From: Planctomycetota bacterium
GTDB lineage: Bacteria > Planctomycetota > JAJSAM01 > JAJVHW01
Direction: 5' to 3'
Assembly (NCBI GenBank): GCA_965248445.1
Contig: CBDFJG010000003.1
Span: forward strand, 1,152,001 to 1,216,000
DNA length: 64,000 nucleotides
Part shown: piece after piece, positions 60,032-64,000 of the stretch
Position numbering within the stretch: position 1 is the stretch's first letter
How the letters are laid out: each line of letters opens with the position of its first letter
Position numbers and translations under genes: made by a program
Notes under the pieces: model-generated
Database searches by the model: none
Told to the model about the DNA's origin: nothing
Seen by the model: the letters and a program-made list of their open reading frames with translations, nothing else

Positions 60032-60988
60032 CTACCGACGATCCTCAAGTAGGGCTCGCGCCACGCCGATTGACTCCTGCCCAACTCGCGAACGGGCTTC
60101 GCGGAGTGCCTGAATCTCCGGACAGCTCTCTCGCATCATGAGATACGCGTCCTCCACACCGATCCGAAAGGCCACTACCGGGGACTGGCCCACGTCCGCC
60201 TCGGACAGCGTATCCAAACGCGCCACGATCTCGTTCACCAACTTCCGCTTCTCTACCTCGAACCGTTCGAATAGAGATACCAATTGAGCACGCTTCGTCG
60301 CGTCAGCATCGCGCCCGTGCGCGGCGTCCAGCTGCCGCGTGAACCACTCCGCTGACGTCTCCGGCGCGGCGTCAACCCAGAAGGCGCGCCCGACGACCGC
60401 GTGCGACGGCAGACTGAGACCGGAGACACGAAACTCGCGACTCTCCCAAGGTGGCGGCGCACGGCCTGCCGTGGCCGCCATCCCCCTGCGCAACATTGGC
60501 TTCATCTTCATCAACAGACTCGTTGCATGCCTGTAGGCTGCCTCGCGCGCGGGACCGCTGACGGGCATCGCGTACTCGCCCCACAGCGCGTGCTGCCGAA
60601 GAGGCACCTGCCCCGTCGCGCCGCGCACGTCCGCCGCCCCCGCCGCTGCTGGCATCCAAGCAGCGAGTGCTTCCGAAGCGGGCTTGTCCCCTTGCGGAGT
60701 TCCGACAGTGGTCGATCTCAAACCGGGATACCCGCGCGGAAGCACGCCCTTGCGCGGCATCGCGGAGCCCCCATCAACACCCGGGAGCTCGCTTGGCGAA
60801 TCGACGGCGGGCGCTTGAGGCGTTACGGCCTCCTCCATAGCGTCGCCGATGCCCTCCCCGACTCGAGCGATTGACGGCAGCATGAGATCACTGACACCGA
60901 CGCCAGTCACAACCGCCACAACGAACACCGCGACGATGGTTCGCCGCGAAGGACCGCGATCCGTAGAGGACGAAGCGGCTAGTTGCAC
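60032..60988 (-). CDS. Hypothetical membrane-anchored protein
   Basis: 318 aa with an N-terminal TM segment; overlaps the upstream gene. Confidence 0.55.
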   Translation of the reverse strand: MQLAASSSTDRGPSRRTIVAVFVVAVVTGVGVSDLMLPSIARVGEGIGDAMEEAVTPQAPAVDSPSELPGVDGGSAMPRKGVLPRGYPGLRSTTVGTPQGDKPASEALAAWMPAAAGAADVRGATGQVPLRQHALWGEYAMPVSGPAREAAYRHATSLLMKMKPMLRRGMAATAGRAPPPWESREFRVSGLSLPSHAVVGRAFWVDAAPETSAEWFTRQLDAAHGRDADATKRAQLVSLFERFEVEKRKLVNEIVARLDTLSEADVGQSPVVAFRIGVEDAYLMMRESCPEIQALREARSRVGQESIGVARALLEDRR

Positions 60989-61446
60989 TCACAGTCCTTC
61001 ATGAAGCCGCTGGGCTCGTACGGGTCAGGCTTGATCTCCGATGGCTCACACCCAGGGGTGGTGTTGCACGCAACAGTTCGACAGTCGAAGAACGTCCCGA
61101 GAACCGTGTGGGCCAATGTGCCCTGACATGGAAGGGTCCCGTTCTCGATGCTCCACGGATTGGAGATGGTCTGCGTCGTGCTGTCCCAGCATTGGCAGTA
61201 GTCGGTGCTCGACGACGGGAAGACAGCCGTGACCTTGATGCAGTGCGCGCCGACATCCGCACACTCCGTGTTGATGTTACAGACAAACACCCAGAGTGGG
61301 TTCCCCGCGCCGTCGGTGGTCGTGCCGTCCCAGAACATCGTTCCGTTGCACGGCGTAGACGCCGCCAAGAGGGGCGTTACGCAGACGACGTACGCAGAGA
61401 TCGCAACTGTCGCGAGGACGATCGCGCGAAGAGTTCGTGGCAGCAT
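60979..61446 (-). CDS. Small secreted cysteine-rich protein (12 Cys in the mature part)
   Basis: GGAGG RBS, ATG 61446, signal peptide ending ..PLLA; 155 aa ending KDCECN. Confidence 0.75.
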   Translation of the reverse strand: MLPRTLRAIVLATVAISAYVVCVTPLLAASTPCNGTMFWDGTTTDGAGNPLWVFVCNINTECADVGAHCIKVTAVFPSSSTDYCQCWDSTTQTISNPWSIENGTLPCQGTLAHTVLGTFFDCRTVACNTTPGCEPSEIKPDPYEPSGFMKDCECN

Positions 61447-61845
61447 TGGACAACCTCCGTGGGTCCCGGGTCTCAGGGCGTAGGCTCTTGGGAGAACGAT
61501 ACCACGCCGCGCGTGTATCGGGAGGGGCTCGTTTCCGCGGTAACGGTTCAGGCGAGCCCGCGGCCTCGATCTGAGGCCCACCCGGAAGTCCAGGCTCAGA
61601 CGACGGAGCAGCCACACGCTGCCATCAACCGAGGCCGCCCCCGTCACCCAGGAAGTCGCCGAGGAGAGGGATCGCGGGTCGCGCGCGTTCCCCACGAACA
61701 CCACACCTTGACGGCGCCTCTGCCGGGGCGCGAGACTGACATGGGCTGTGCGCGCGCCGAGTCGCGCACGCGTCACGCGTGCATGGCAACGACGTACCGG
61801 TCGGTAGCGTGCGGACAGCGCGTGCCGCTACGAGTGAGGAGGCAG

Positions 61846-62821
61846 ATGGTGCCAGAGATCACGGACGCGCCCCCCGCCAATGTGCAGCAAGACCTCGACG
61901 CGCTGAGCGCGCAGCTCGACGCCGAGATTCCGGAGAAACTGGCGGACAACGTCTTGATCGCGACGTGGAACATCCGCTCATTCTCGTCACTGACGCGGGA
62001 GTGGACGGCAGACTCCGACGACCGCCCGAAGCGCGACCTGCGCGGTCTGCTGGCAATCATCGAGATCCTCAGCCGGTTCGACGTGATCGCGATCCAAGAG
62101 ATCAAGGGCGATCTCCGCGCGCTGCGTGACACGGTCCGGTTCCTCGGCGACGACTGGGGATTCCTCATGACGGATGTCACGTTGGGAGACGAGGGCAACG
62201 ACGAGCGGCTGGCGTTCTTGTTCGATCGATCGCACGCGCGTCACGCCGTCCGGACTTGCGGCCGAACTCGTTGTTCCTCCCGACCGCCTGGATCGCATCG
62301 ACGAGAACGCGTTGCGGCAGCAGTTCGTGAGGACTCCATACGCAGTGAGCTTCCGTCGGGAAGACACGACATTCATCCTCGTAACCCTGCATGTGCTGTT
62401 CGGCGACGATGAGGACGATCGAGTGCCAGAACTCCAGGAGATCGCGGACTGGATGCGCGACTGGGCCGGCCGTTCGAATCGCTTCCACCACAACCTGTTT
62501 GTACTGGGCGACTTCAACATCGATCGTCAGGACAGCCCGCTGTTCGATGCGTTCGCGTCAACAGGGCTGACCGTGCCTGACGAACTGATCGACCTGCCAC
62601 GGACCATCTTCGATGACCCGGGCGACTCGGATGACGACAACTTCTACGATCAGATCGCGTGGTTCGAGACCGGGACAAGGGCGCTGGTTGACTTGGAGCT
62701 GCTCAGCGGCGGGAACTTCGACTTCCAGCCATTCGTGTACACCGACGAGAACCTAACGCGCGGATCAACGTCATTCAGGATCTCGGACCACTTCCCGCTG
62801 TGGGTGGAGTTCGGGTTGTAG
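61846..62821 (+). pseudogene. Endonuclease/exonuclease/phosphatase family protein, frameshifted
   Basis: IATWNIR, IAIQEI and ERLAFLFD in one frame; LGDFN, YDQI and ISDHFPLW in another; 4-bp duplication at 62223-62231. Confidence 0.88.
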
Positions 62822-62873
62822 GCGGCTGTCTTGAGAACCGCGAGCTCGCTCGTCCGGCGAGGCGACGTCACGC

Positions 62874-64000
62874 GTAACCGTTCACCCCTTCGTCGCGAGC
62901 CAGGATCCAGATCGTTCGGCCATCGGTCGATCAAGATGTTGTGGGCGAGCGGCAGGACGAGGATCTGCGGGCGATGGTCGAGGGCCTTCTGGCCTGGATC
63001 GAGGAGCTGGAGCGTCGCGAAGCGAAGCATCTGCGCCGCATCGACGAGCTCGAGTCGCGTCTGAAGCGTGACTCCCGCAACAGCTCGAGGCCTCCGTCGT
63101 CGGACCCGGCGTGGCCCAAGCGCCGTCGCGGCCGAAGGCCGCGTAGCGGTCGCCAGCAGGGCGGACAGCCGGGCCATGAGGGCACGGCGCGCGAGCTGGT
63201 GGATCCGTCCAACGTCGATGAGACCAAGGACCACCGTCCCGACCTCTGCGACGCGTGCGGACACGACGATCTCGAGCAGGGCATCGGCGATCCGTACCGG
63301 CACCAGGTGACGGTGCTCCCGCGCGTGCTCGTCACGGTGCGGGAGCACCGGCTGCACAAGGCGCGGTGCCGGCGCTGTCGTGCGGTCACGACGGCGGTCC
63401 TGCCCGATGGCGTGCCGACCGGGGCCTTCGGTCCGCGGCTGACCACACTTGCCGGCGCGCTGCGCGGCGTGTACCGCGTGAGCGTGCGGGAGACGCAGCG
63501 GCTGCTCGGTGAGATCTTCGGTGTGAAGATGTCGCTGGGCAAGATCAGCGACTGTGAGCGTCGGCTCAGTGACGCTCTGCACTCGTCGTACCTCGAAGCC
63601 CTCGGGGCAGTCCGCACGTCGCTGCGAGCCAACGTGGACGAGACGTCGTGGAAGGAACGGGGCCGGGTGTGCTGGCTGTGGGCGGCGGAGAGCGAGCACG
63701 CCACAGCCTTCGGGATCGATCGCCGCCGCAGTGCCAAGGCGAAAGGGCGGCTGATCGGGCGGCGCTTCGGTGGCACGGTGATCAGCGACCGGATGGGTGC
63801 CTACGAGTCACACCCACTTGCCCGCCGCCAGCTCTGCTGGGCGCACATCGAGCGCGCCTTCCGTGCGCTGGCCGAAGGCCCGCGAGAACATCGCCGCTTC
63901 GGCAACAAGGGCGTCATGATCGCGCAGTCGGTCATGCGCAGCTACCGGCTCTTCGGTGAGCACGGCGACCGTGACCGGCTGCAAGGCGAAGCCGCTGTGC
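62874..64000 (+). mobile_element. IS66-family element (single ORF); transposase from 62941 runs off the window
   Basis: GTAACCGTTCAC left end; RDSRNSSRPPSSD, CxxC, FGPRL, NVDETSW, ISDR..AY, QLCWAH. Confidence 0.9.

Overview
A high-GC bacterial chromosome window. A Planctomycetota-like origin is an inference from the split double UvrA, the HEAT-repeat and VWA lipoproteins and the large secreted hypothetical proteins. 1-31.6 kb is mostly housekeeping and envelope genes: tandem uvrA, an AsmA-like protein, a phosphodiesterase, trxB, DUF2339, an S66 peptidase, a sigma-54 regulator and an ALDH. 31.6-46.1 kb is a nested graveyard of mobile elements between two truncated host genes: an IS66 fragment, two related IS3 copies, a group II intron, IS1182-like, IS1380, a third IS3 and IS256, plus remnants of two different phage terminases, DUF2924 and a broken type IV TA module. 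46-53.4 kb is host genes again and includes a candidate 6S-like ncRNA. 53.4-64 kb holds a prophage int/xis remnant, a second IS1380, an operon with a Cys-rich secreted protein and a MauE-like protein, a frameshifted EEP nuclease and another IS66. The top finding is a group II intron whose EBS1 (GGAGTT) matches the tip of the IS3 terminal inverted repeat. It sits exactly between the final C and A of that IS end, and intron-free copies of the target are present in the same window. All family assignments come from motif recognition by eye; no database searches were run.
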